From positions 1 through 26,224 of the forward strand of contig JBBDHZ010000144.1 of assembly GCA_040880645.1 (NCBI GenBank): a stretch of 26,224 bases of DNA. Reading direction: 5' to 3'. Positions 1 to 7,232 of the stretch are shown here, piece after piece (within the stretch, counting starts at the first letter, position 1; each line of letters begins with the position of its first letter). The notes under the pieces are model-generated. The model did not search any database. It saw only the letters and a program-made list of their open reading frames with translations, and was not told the origin of the DNA. The translations under genes were made by a program, and so were the position numbers. Source of the stretch: Minisyncoccota bacterium (lineage in GTDB: Bacteria; Patescibacteriota; Minisyncoccia; Phycocordibacterales; CSBR16-193).

Positions 1-808
1 AAAAACGCTGATTTTACAGCAAAACCGCGCATGAGTGTACCGGATACCCCTTTACGAAGAAAACCTGCTCGTTCGTGCCACACGCGGAATGTGTGTAGTC
101 CGGCAGGAAGATTCTTGATTGCAAAGTCGCCTTCCGCAGTCGATGCGGCCATGTACGGATCGGAACGGATCACGACGAAGGCGCGCATCCACGGATGAAT
201 GTTGCATTGAATCGGTATGGGGATTCGTTCTTCGCTTGAAAACCGATGCTTCACGGGTTGCCCAACCGGAACGAGACGGCCTGGTGGAGCGTTGGCGATC
301 GTTTGCACCGTGGTGTTGTGTGCGACAGTGTCGAAACTTCGTTCGAGGATGGTTTGTGTCGTACAAACCAGCAGCACGCGCGGTGAGTACCGGCCATTCC
401 GTATGTGCAAATCGATCGTCGCCTCCGCGGTGTTAGCATAGGACGGGTGGATCGAAATCTCAGCTCCCCGTGGCGGCTCCAAATAGATGACAACGTTTGC
501 CACCCCTTGTTGTCGTCGTTTACCAGCAGCGACTCGTCCGTGACGGTGTTTCCAAACGCTGCCTGATCTTTCGCGATGGGTAACTGCTTTCGAGCGGGTG
601 CCGCACCACCATAAACAAAGCGCCCCTTCAAATCGCCCCATTCACCATCCGCTAGAGCAATCGAACAGAACGCCGGAGCGACGAGAAGCCAGGTGACTAG
701 CAACCAGGTCCACCGAAGCACGTCCCCAAACGTCGCCCTGTGGCGCGGATGAAGCGGCGTCCAATACGAATCGCAAGGTAATCTGTACATCTCACTGCGT
801 TTCTGCAA
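1..808 (-). pseudogene. Secreted cupredoxin-domain protein (amicyanin-like Cys-x2-His-x2-Met copper site), apparent frameshift; 3' end lies beyond window start
   Basis: The track ORF 251..808 (-) gives a signal-peptide-like N-terminus (WTWLLVTWLLVAPAFCSIALA) and ...GRFVYGGAAPARKQ...LLVNDDNKG, then decays into an Arg-rich nonsense tail. My hand translation of the other minus frame from ~506 down to position 3 has no stop and reads ...GVANVVIYLEPPRGAEISIHPSYANTAEATIDLH...SFDTVAHNTTVQTIAN...IQCNIHPWMRAFVVIRSDPYMAASTAEGDFAIKNLPAGLHTFRVWHERAGF. HN and CNIHPWM are type-1 copper ligand motifs. The frames swap at the CCCC run 503-506. Confidence 0.5.
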
Positions 809-837
809 ATTGGAGGCAATCGCATGTCGGCGGCGAA

Positions 838-881
838 CCTATTAGCACGTTGACCAGTCATTGTAGCAACAAACTAATAGG
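838..881. promoter_or_regulatory. Inverted repeat CCTATTAG-N28-CTAATAGG enclosing a TTGACC-N17-ACTAAT sigma70-like pair
   Basis: Read directly. Located between the cupredoxin gene start and the tRNA-like sequence. Weak. Confidence 0.2.
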
Positions 882-1022
882 CAAGGATGTCCGGCCCACC
901 ACCGGCGTCTCTTGCAAGCAAGGTTCCGATGTCGTTTGGACCAGCGGCGCCCCGATGCATCCTGTCGGATTCGGATCGGTGTGTTCCGGACATGGATTAT
1001 GACGATGACGATGTCGTTGCCG

Positions 1023-1098
1023 CCAAGGTTAGCTCAGTTGGCAGAGCACCAGACCGCTAATCTGGAAGTCACGGGTTCGACTCCCGTACCACAACGCA
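1023..1098 (+). tRNA. tRNA-like sequence, probable tRNA pseudogene or 3' tRNA fragment (possible att-site remnant)
   Basis: Canonical D-arm GCTC/AGTTGGCA/GAGC (1032-1047), anticodon arm CCAGA/CCGCTAA/TCTGG (1049-1065), 5-nt variable loop, T-arm ACGGG/TTCGACT/CCCGT (1071-1087). The putative 5' acceptor strand CCAAGGT cannot pair with the 3' strand ACCACAA (3 of 7 pairs). Position 33 of the anticodon loop is C rather than U, and no CCA is encoded. Confidence 0.45.
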
Positions 1099-1478
1099 GG
1101 TTGAAAACCTGACCACCGGGCGCGAAAGCGTCCACCATGAAGCCCGAGGGAGGCGGGCGTACGTAGGATCGGCTGCCGGTTTGGTTGCCATGTAGGCGGG
1201 TCTCCAAGAGATCAGCTTACGGAAGTGATCGGCTGGTAGCAGCATGAATGAACACCATGTAGTGCGTGGATACCGCCTTTGCCCGCTGTCGGCGGACGTC
1301 TGCCGGCGCTGGTGAGTCACCGCGATAGGCTTCGGCCCATGGCGAACTTGTCAGCCGACGCAGTCGAAAACCGCCAGCGGTGACCGCTCAAGCAGCACTC
1401 CGTGTCCCTTCATGTGATCCGCGAACGTTCCGCCTGCCGGAGGCCTTAGGCAGGAGGCAGGAGGCCGGCGGAAGATTG

Positions 1479-1790
1479 CTATTCCGTATCCGTCGATCTG
1501 CGTAGCGAGCGGATGAGGCCGTTCAATACTTTTGCCGATTCGACGACCAATGAGTTTAACTCCGAAGCATCAGCGAGATAACCAAGGCGTTGAGCCAATG
1601 AGATTTGATATTCAAGTTCACGGACTGAGCCGTAGGCCATGTCCAGAAAACGAAGGTAGTCCGCGAGTGAGTTGCGAGCACAGCCTTCAACGATGTTCGA
1701 CGCGACAGAAACTGCTGCACGACGCATTTGTGAAGTGAGGCCGAACATTTCGTCACGAGGAAAGTCAATAGTCTGTCTGTAAACCAGCAA
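1479..1790 (-). CDS. Four-helix-bundle protein (23S rRNA intervening-sequence protein family)
   Basis: 103 aa carrying the family hallmark ...EMFGLTSQMRRAAVSVASNIVEG...; the size is typical of the family. Confidence 0.8.
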   Translation of the reverse strand: MLVYRQTIDFPRDEMFGLTSQMRRAAVSVASNIVEGCARNSLADYLRFLDMAYGSVRELEYQISLAQRLGYLADASELNSLVVESAKVLNGLIRSLRRSTDTE

Positions 1791-1890
1791 AGCAAGTTTA
1801 TCAGCGAGTTCGAAGGATCGGAGTTGGTGTGGTCTCGCATTAGCGTGAATCTACACCCTCACGCCTCCGGTCTCCAGCCTGGAGCCTCCC

Positions 1891-2991
1891 ATGTTCAAGC
1901 GAATCAAGATCCGCAGCTACGAGGTCGGTCTGTACTTCCGCGACGGCGAGTTCAAGGGCTTGCTCGGCGAAGGTCGGCACTGGCTGTTCGACCTGTTCAA
2001 TAAGGTCCGCGTCGACGTTGCGAGCCAGCGTGATCCGTGGCTGGCTCACAATGAGCTCGACATGATCTTCAAGTCGGGTGCGCTGAAGGACTGCGCGGTG
2101 GTCATGGACCTGAAGGACGATCAGCGTGGTCTCGTCTGGGTCGAAGGCCGCTTCAGCCACTTGCTGGCACCGGGCCTGTACGCTTACTGGCACGGCGTGC
2201 GCGATGTGCGTGTCGAAGTGATCGATGCTCGCCAGGTGCGGTTCGAGCACAGCGACTTGAAGGTCATTGCCAAGTCGGCAATGGCCAAGTCGTTGCTGGA
2301 CATCTGCACGGTCGATCGTGACCGTGTTGGTGTACTGTTCATCGACGGTTGTTACATCGACACACTGCGACCGGGTCTGTACGCGTTCTGGAAGGGCGCG
2401 GCGGACGCGCGGGTCGTTGAACTCGACATGCGCGAGACCACGATCGATGTCAGCGGTCAGGAAATCATGACTGCCGACAAGGTCAGTTTGCGTATGAACG
2501 CGTTGGTTACGTACCGCATCGCCGATGCGCGGAAGGCGGTCAGCTCGACGGACGATGTCCGCCAGGCTCTGTACCGCGAAACGCAGTTGGCTTTGCGTGC
2601 CATTGTCGGCGTACGCGACCTCGATGTATTCCTGTCGGACAAGGACGTTGTCGCTCAGGAAATCGAGCAAGCAGTGCGTCGCCGCGCGGGCGAGTTGGGT
2701 TTGAGTGTCGTATCGGTCGGTATCCGGGACGTGATCCTGCCGGGCGACATGAAGGACCTGATGAACAAGGTCACGGAAGCCAAGAAGGCTGCCGAGGCCA
2801 ACCTCATCTCGCGCCGCGAGGAAACGGCCGCCATGCGCAGCCAGGCCAACACCGCCAAGCTGCTGGCCGACAACCCGACGCTGATGCGTCTGCGGGAACT
2901 GGAAGTTCTCGAAAAGATTGCGTCGACCGGCAACCTGAACATCGTGCTCGGCGAGAAGGGACTGGCTGAGCGCGTGATCAACTTGTTGTAA
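1891..2991 (+). CDS. SPFH/band-7 (slipin-like) protein with a threefold N-terminal repeat
   Basis: 366 aa. The C-terminal ~200 aa read as an SPFH domain (…DVSGQEIMTADKVSLRMNALVTYRIAD…VRDVILPGDMKDLMNKVTEAKKAAEANLISRREETAAMRSQ…). The N-terminal half has three copies of a G-x-(Y/F)-F-x-DG-x(5)-LL-x-PGLYA-x-W-x-G-like motif. Confidence 0.85.
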   Translation: MFKRIKIRSYEVGLYFRDGEFKGLLGEGRHWLFDLFNKVRVDVASQRDPWLAHNELDMIFKSGALKDCAVVMDLKDDQRGLVWVEGRFSHLLAPGLYAYWHGVRDVRVEVIDARQVRFEHSDLKVIAKSAMAKSLLDICTVDRDRVGVLFIDGCYIDTLRPGLYAFWKGAADARVVELDMRETTIDVSGQEIMTADKVSLRMNALVTYRIADARKAVSSTDDVRQALYRETQLALRAIVGVRDLDVFLSDKDVVAQEIEQAVRRRAGELGLSVVSVGIRDVILPGDMKDLMNKVTEAKKAAEANLISRREETAAMRSQANTAKLLADNPTLMRLRELEVLEKIASTGNLNIVLGEKGLAERVINLL

Positions 2992-3075
2992 GCCTTCAGC
3001 CCCTGGTTTGAGGAGTCGAGCCGGGGGCCTTCATTCCTTTCGTGCCTGAGCGGCCGATGGCTGCGCGATCGAGCG

Positions 3076-3418
3076 TTACGTATCACGCCATGGGATCGGC
3101 AAACCTAGGTCAACTAGTTTTGCCTCGAGTTCTTCTCGCTCTCTGTTTCGCTTGACACCACTTTTACCCATTTCCAGCCAGCCGAGAAAGTCGCAGGGGC
3201 GATCGAACATTCCAATTGGCTCGGCAAGGCACGCTTCCAACCCCTGGCGATCTTCCTTCGCACCCGATGCCTTGTCGGTGAAGAGCAAGTTCTTTCGGGA
3301 CGCCATGTTTCTTGAGTGCGCCAAGTTGGAGTCGTAAGTCCTGCTCGGAAGTTGACACGCGAGCGTATCCAATGGTGCGGCCGTTGTTGTTCTCGTTTTC
3401 GTCCGTCATCGACGGCAA
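3076..3418 (-). pseudogene. Serine recombinase (resolvase/invertase family) remnant, frameshifted and C-terminally truncated
   Basis: ORF 3164..3418 encodes the resolvase N-terminus ...TIGYARVSTSEQDLRLQLGALKKHGV (catalytic-Ser motif). The following conserved block ...LLFTDKASGAKEDRQGLEACLAEPIG is in another frame (ORF 3076..3372). The frame junction is ~3295-3305. The remaining catalytic domain and HTH domain are absent. Confidence 0.65.
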
Positions 3419-3584
3419 AACGGTACGCTGATTCTCGGCACGAGAAAACGAGACCGAAGTGACGCAAAACCCGACGGTGTTCCGGTCGCGGCAGAAGTGT
3501 CCCGAAAAACGACCGTTATCTGGTATTCAGTTCTCGACGTTCCATCGAAGCCGCATCACAGCGCCCCACGGTTATTCAGCCAGC

Positions 3585-5993
3585 TTATCTCTGTTCGACG
3601 ATTGGTCCATCGTCTGACATTCCGAGAAACTCGTAAAAGATTGCACCACCGTTGAACCTGCTAAACTTCTTCTGCATCAAGGAGAACAAACGTTCTTCGC
3701 AGGTCGAGATAATGAACTGCCTTTCGCTTGGCTTGGATGCAATGATCCCTCGAATCAATTCGACAAACCCATAGGCATTGAGATCATCGAAGTGAGTCAC
3801 GGGATCGTCGAGTAGAACAGGAGCAAAACCAGACCAGTTTTGTCGTAGTCCACCGGCAAGAAAGACGCTCAGCATGAGGATTTGCTTTTGCGAGTCGCTA
3901 AAGAAATCGGTCGGCCTCAATTGAACGTCTCTATTTCTCCATTCAACTTGAACGGCAGCCTCACCACCGCGGGCTTCGAGATGCACACCGCCGAATCCGT
4001 ACACCGATCGCAATCGTTGCTGGATGTTGGAAATTAGCGGACCATACGCGGTGATATGATTCTCGACGGACACTTGTCGTTCACGTCGCAATAGTGATTC
4101 GATCGACTTGCAACTTTCGAGGAGAGACTCGACAAGCCCTAGCTGTTGCTTGATCTGGGTGATCTGAGTGTCGAGTGCCGCAAGCTGCGCTCTCACTTGT
4201 TCGTCGCGCCTTCTGGACTGCAGGCTCGTTAGAGCAGAATGGAGAACACGTGCATCGATGATGATCTGCCGTAATAGTCTCACCGCTTCTTCGAGGTCGG
4301 TAATCGTCTTATCGGCTTGGCCTGGATCGTTGGGGAGCCGAACATCGGACAGGCGGTTCTTCAACTTGGCATATGTGCTTTCGACCTTTTCCAATTCAAC
4401 ATTCAGAGCGCGGCGACGTTTTGCGGCAGTATCCAAACGAGAGTCAACGGCCTTCGATGCCGTCTCGATCTGTTCGGCCGAACGACGTAACTCTTCAAGA
4501 GATTGAAGCGATTCTTTGAGCTTCTCTTGGATTTGGTTGATTGTGTTGTCGACCTCTGACGCGGCGATGCGTTCCTCCGCGAGTACATCGCGTGCCCTGG
4601 CCTCTTCCCGCATCAGCTCTTCCTCGACAGTCTTGCACTGGCTTCCAATGTGTGTTGTACGTGCTTGCAGCGTCGAGACGTTCTGGGCGGTGATGTCTCG
4701 TCGCGATTTGATTTCCGCACTTGTCTTAGCGCTTTGCTCGATTTCCTTCTGAAGGTTACTCCGCTTGGATTCGATCGACTTCTTGCACGAGTTGATTGCA
4801 GCCTGCTCGATTTGACGCGAGTCTTCTTGAAGCACAGCAACAGCAGCTGCGCGGTATTTGGATATTCGCGTGTTGATCGTTTCATTTTGTGACTTCAGCT
4901 GAGATTCTTCTTGCACAAGAGCTTGGACTGACGCGATTGCCTTCGAAAGCTGTTCTTGAGCGTCAGCTTCAGCGGCTCGTAGCGATGCGTATCTTGTAGC
5001 GAGTGACGAATCCGCAGATGGCTGGTTGCGATGTTGGCGGATTTGGTCAAGCAATTCTTCATGGGAGGCAAAGTCTGTTCCGCAGAGTGGGCAGTCATTG
5101 CCAGAAAGGTGGCTCTGAATAGAGTCGAGGAGTGTGTCGAGCTCCGCCTGTTCAGCTTTGGCTCGCTCGAATTCTGGTGCCAATTGCTTTCGCTCGGTTT
5201 CAGCATCCAGCGCTTTTTGTCTCAGCTGGATAACACGTTCGTCTTCCTGCTGACGGCGCGTCGCGACCTCAGCGAGTCGCGTCGTTACGTCAACCAGGTT
5301 CCGCTCTGCAGCAGCATACGCTGCGAAGCCATCCGAAAGTTGCATCACCGCATCTTGCTGAGACTGAAGGGACGCCGCCGCCTGGATCCTTCTGGCTTCT
5401 TCGGCTAAACGGGATTGCACGTCCGACTTCAGACTGGTAAGCGACAACTCGGCGGAAGCAAGACGTTTCTCCTCTGCCAACTGTTCTGACCGAAGTGTCT
5501 GTAACTGTTGCTCACGCTCAGCACGCGTTGCAAACCATTTCTTTACTGCCTCCAACTCGCGGCGGCGGTGGTCCAGTTCAATTCGTGCTGAATTTGTTGC
5601 AGTTGTTTTTGCATTTACATCGGCAATCTGTTCTTGAAGTGATTTTTTTTCGTCGGCAGTAGATGCAATCGCTTTATCTAAAGCTGCGAGGGTCTGTTTA
5701 TCCAAAGCGAGTTTGTCCGCGGCTTGATGGAACACCGGAAGTTCATTTCTCAATGCTCGCGCCGCATCGAGGCGAGTTTCCAAACCACCAACTTGCGCTG
5801 ATGCTAGATCGATCCAATCTGCGATGCTCGCCAGTGTGACTGAGCCATCAGGGAGTTTCGCGTCCAATGGAGATGCATCCACACGTCGGCGAATATTTGC
5901 GACCATTTTGTCGATTGAATCCTGTGTGTGCGATTCGCCTACTGTTGTCTCGGAAGACAGAGATTTAGAAAGCGTGCCCGCTTCGATTTCCAA
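3585..5993 (-). CDS. Rad50/SbcC-like ABC ATPase, coiled-coil + zinc-hook + C-terminal ATPase lobe (downstream part of a gene split by in-frame TAA)
   Basis: 802 aa (TTG start in track). ~600 aa are heptad/charged coiled-coil sequence with a central CPLCG zinc-hook motif (DNA ~5076-5105). The C-terminus has a degenerate ABC signature (FSDSQKQ), Walker B/D-loop (VLLDDPVTHFDD) and an H-loop-like region (FIISTCEE, with no His where one is expected). Confidence 0.8.
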   Translation of the reverse strand: MEIEAGTLSKSLSSETTVGESHTQDSIDKMVANIRRRVDASPLDAKLPDGSVTLASIADWIDLASAQVGGLETRLDAARALRNELPVFHQAADKLALDKQTLAALDKAIASTADEKKSLQEQIADVNAKTTATNSARIELDHRRRELEAVKKWFATRAEREQQLQTLRSEQLAEEKRLASAELSLTSLKSDVQSRLAEEARRIQAAASLQSQQDAVMQLSDGFAAYAAAERNLVDVTTRLAEVATRRQQEDERVIQLRQKALDAETERKQLAPEFERAKAEQAELDTLLDSIQSHLSGNDCPLCGTDFASHEELLDQIRQHRNQPSADSSLATRYASLRAAEADAQEQLSKAIASVQALVQEESQLKSQNETINTRISKYRAAAVAVLQEDSRQIEQAAINSCKKSIESKRSNLQKEIEQSAKTSAEIKSRRDITAQNVSTLQARTTHIGSQCKTVEEELMREEARARDVLAEERIAASEVDNTINQIQEKLKESLQSLEELRRSAEQIETASKAVDSRLDTAAKRRRALNVELEKVESTYAKLKNRLSDVRLPNDPGQADKTITDLEEAVRLLRQIIIDARVLHSALTSLQSRRRDEQVRAQLAALDTQITQIKQQLGLVESLLESCKSIESLLRRERQVSVENHITAYGPLISNIQQRLRSVYGFGGVHLEARGGEAAVQVEWRNRDVQLRPTDFFSDSQKQILMLSVFLAGGLRQNWSGFAPVLLDDPVTHFDDLNAYGFVELIRGIIASKPSERQFIISTCEERLFSLMQKKFSRFNGGAIFYEFLGMSDDGPIVEQR

Positions 5994-6002
5994 ACTCGCG
6001 AG

Positions 6003-7232
6003 TTAAGTGCGGAGAGCCGTCTTCTTTGTGGCAAGAATCTGTGACACGTGTTTTGACTTCCCGAGGCCGTGTGAATAGTCCTGCAGCGCAAGCATTTCGC
6101 TTACGAAGGTCTCCGGAAGTATTGACGATTTACGGAATTCAATGAGCAGTTCTTGCTCATCCTGGCCGAAAAGATGTGTCGCCCGAAACAGGTTCTCGAC
6201 GTTCTGCTGACGTGGCTTGGCTTCTCCCCATTCCGCATTCGTGAGAAAAGTGAGCGTCCCGATGCGATCACTCTTCTCCCCGTTGATCCATGCAGTAGAC
6301 CAGTTCCCAGTTCCTCGGCGTAGTACCCAATCCGAAGGATTCGAGTCATTTGAGTGGGATGTTCCGCTTAGCACCACACTGCCGGTTCCTGGCGTATCGT
6401 CCAAGTACGTCGCAACTCGCGAGAAATCTTCCTGATTGAATTTGCGCTGTCGGCACAAGCGGCCGATCCGTCCCGTGCATGCATAGTCGATGGCATCGAA
6501 GAACGAAGTCTTGCCAAGACCGTTTGGGCCATAAAGCACGACGACTGATGCATCAAGGTTGAATGCCTGTGGCTTCCGGTAAGCGCGAAAGCTTTCAATT
6601 GTCGCCTCGGTCAACCTTGATGCCATGCGGGGTTTGACCGGAGTTGCGCCTGCCGCAAGCGGGCGGCGTACTAACTCTGCGAGTAACTCCTTGCCGTTTA
6701 ACAAGTCATCGACGATACCGTCCGGCGCACGTCGCATTGGCTCTACGAGCTTCCGACTCAGTGACGTGGAAACTCCGGCGGACTGAAGTAGGTCTTGAGC
6801 GGACTGCGGTCGCGGCAGATCTAAAATGTTCTCGTCGGGAAACGGAAGAAACGGCAGCCGAAGCAATTCCTTACGCTGCTGGCCAACGTCCTCATGAGCA
6901 TGGATAACGTACTTCCTGCAGAATAGCGGGTCATGCTCGCGCTCGGCGTAGAATCTGTCGTCGTCCGCATTTTCAGACACTCGGCATAGGACAAACGAGA
7001 GCGTTCGTTTGTCCCAATCAGCGTGATGCTCTCTGTACAACTCCTTGAATTCACGATACGCGGCGTCGAACTCTTCCTCCACATGCCCGTTGAATACAGA
7101 AAACGCAGCGACATCGGCCGACATTTCGAGAACGAGCGCGCGGTCGGCACGCAACAGTTCGTACGATCCGGGCAAGATCGATTTCAGTGACTGCCGAAGC
7201 GTCTCAAATGATTCGTCGCTCTGAGACATCAA
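6003..7232 (-). CDS. Rad50/SbcC-like ABC ATPase, N-terminal part: ~200-aa unknown domain + Walker A/Q-loop head lobe (ends at in-frame TAA 6003-6005)
   Basis: 409 aa. Walker A VVLYGPNGLGKTSFFDAIDYACTG sits at ~aa 215-237. Q-loop-like ATHLFGQDEQ follows. The same reading frame continues 9 nt downstream into ORF 3585..5993. Confidence 0.75.
   Translation of the reverse strand: MMSQSDESFETLRQSLKSILPGSYELLRADRALVLEMSADVAAFSVFNGHVEEEFDAAYREFKELYREHHADWDKRTLSFVLCRVSENADDDRFYAEREHDPLFCRKYVIHAHEDVGQQRKELLRLPFLPFPDENILDLPRPQSAQDLLQSAGVSTSLSRKLVEPMRRAPDGIVDDLLNGKELLAELVRRPLAAGATPVKPRMASRLTEATIESFRAYRKPQAFNLDASVVVLYGPNGLGKTSFFDAIDYACTGRIGRLCRQRKFNQEDFSRVATYLDDTPGTGSVVLSGTSHSNDSNPSDWVLRRGTGNWSTAWINGEKSDRIGTLTFLTNAEWGEAKPRQQNVENLFRATHLFGQDEQELLIEFRKSSILPETFVSEMLALQDYSHGLGKSKHVSQILATKKTALRT

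Noticed and set aside
1023-1098. tmRNA tRNA-like domain instead of tRNA remnant
   Set aside because: The sequence has a full D-arm and anticodon arm, which tmRNA lacks. No upstream GGGG... 5' end or resume codon region is evident.
1432-1456. Hairpin CCTGCC-N10-GGCAGG downstream of the four-helix-bundle gene as a rho-independent terminator
   Set aside because: The stem is short and is not followed by a U-rich tract on the transcribed (minus) strand.
2992-3040. GC-rich hairpin after the SPFH gene as a terminator
   Set aside because: Imperfect stem with a long loop and only weakly T-rich tail. Insufficient support.
7204-7232. Identical 29-nt overlaps at two gene junctions (7204-7232 and 17726-17754)
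   Set aside because: Likely an artefact of longest-ORF start selection. The AlbA_2 gene has an in-frame Met 7 codons downstream giving an 8-nt overlap. Treated as coincidence.
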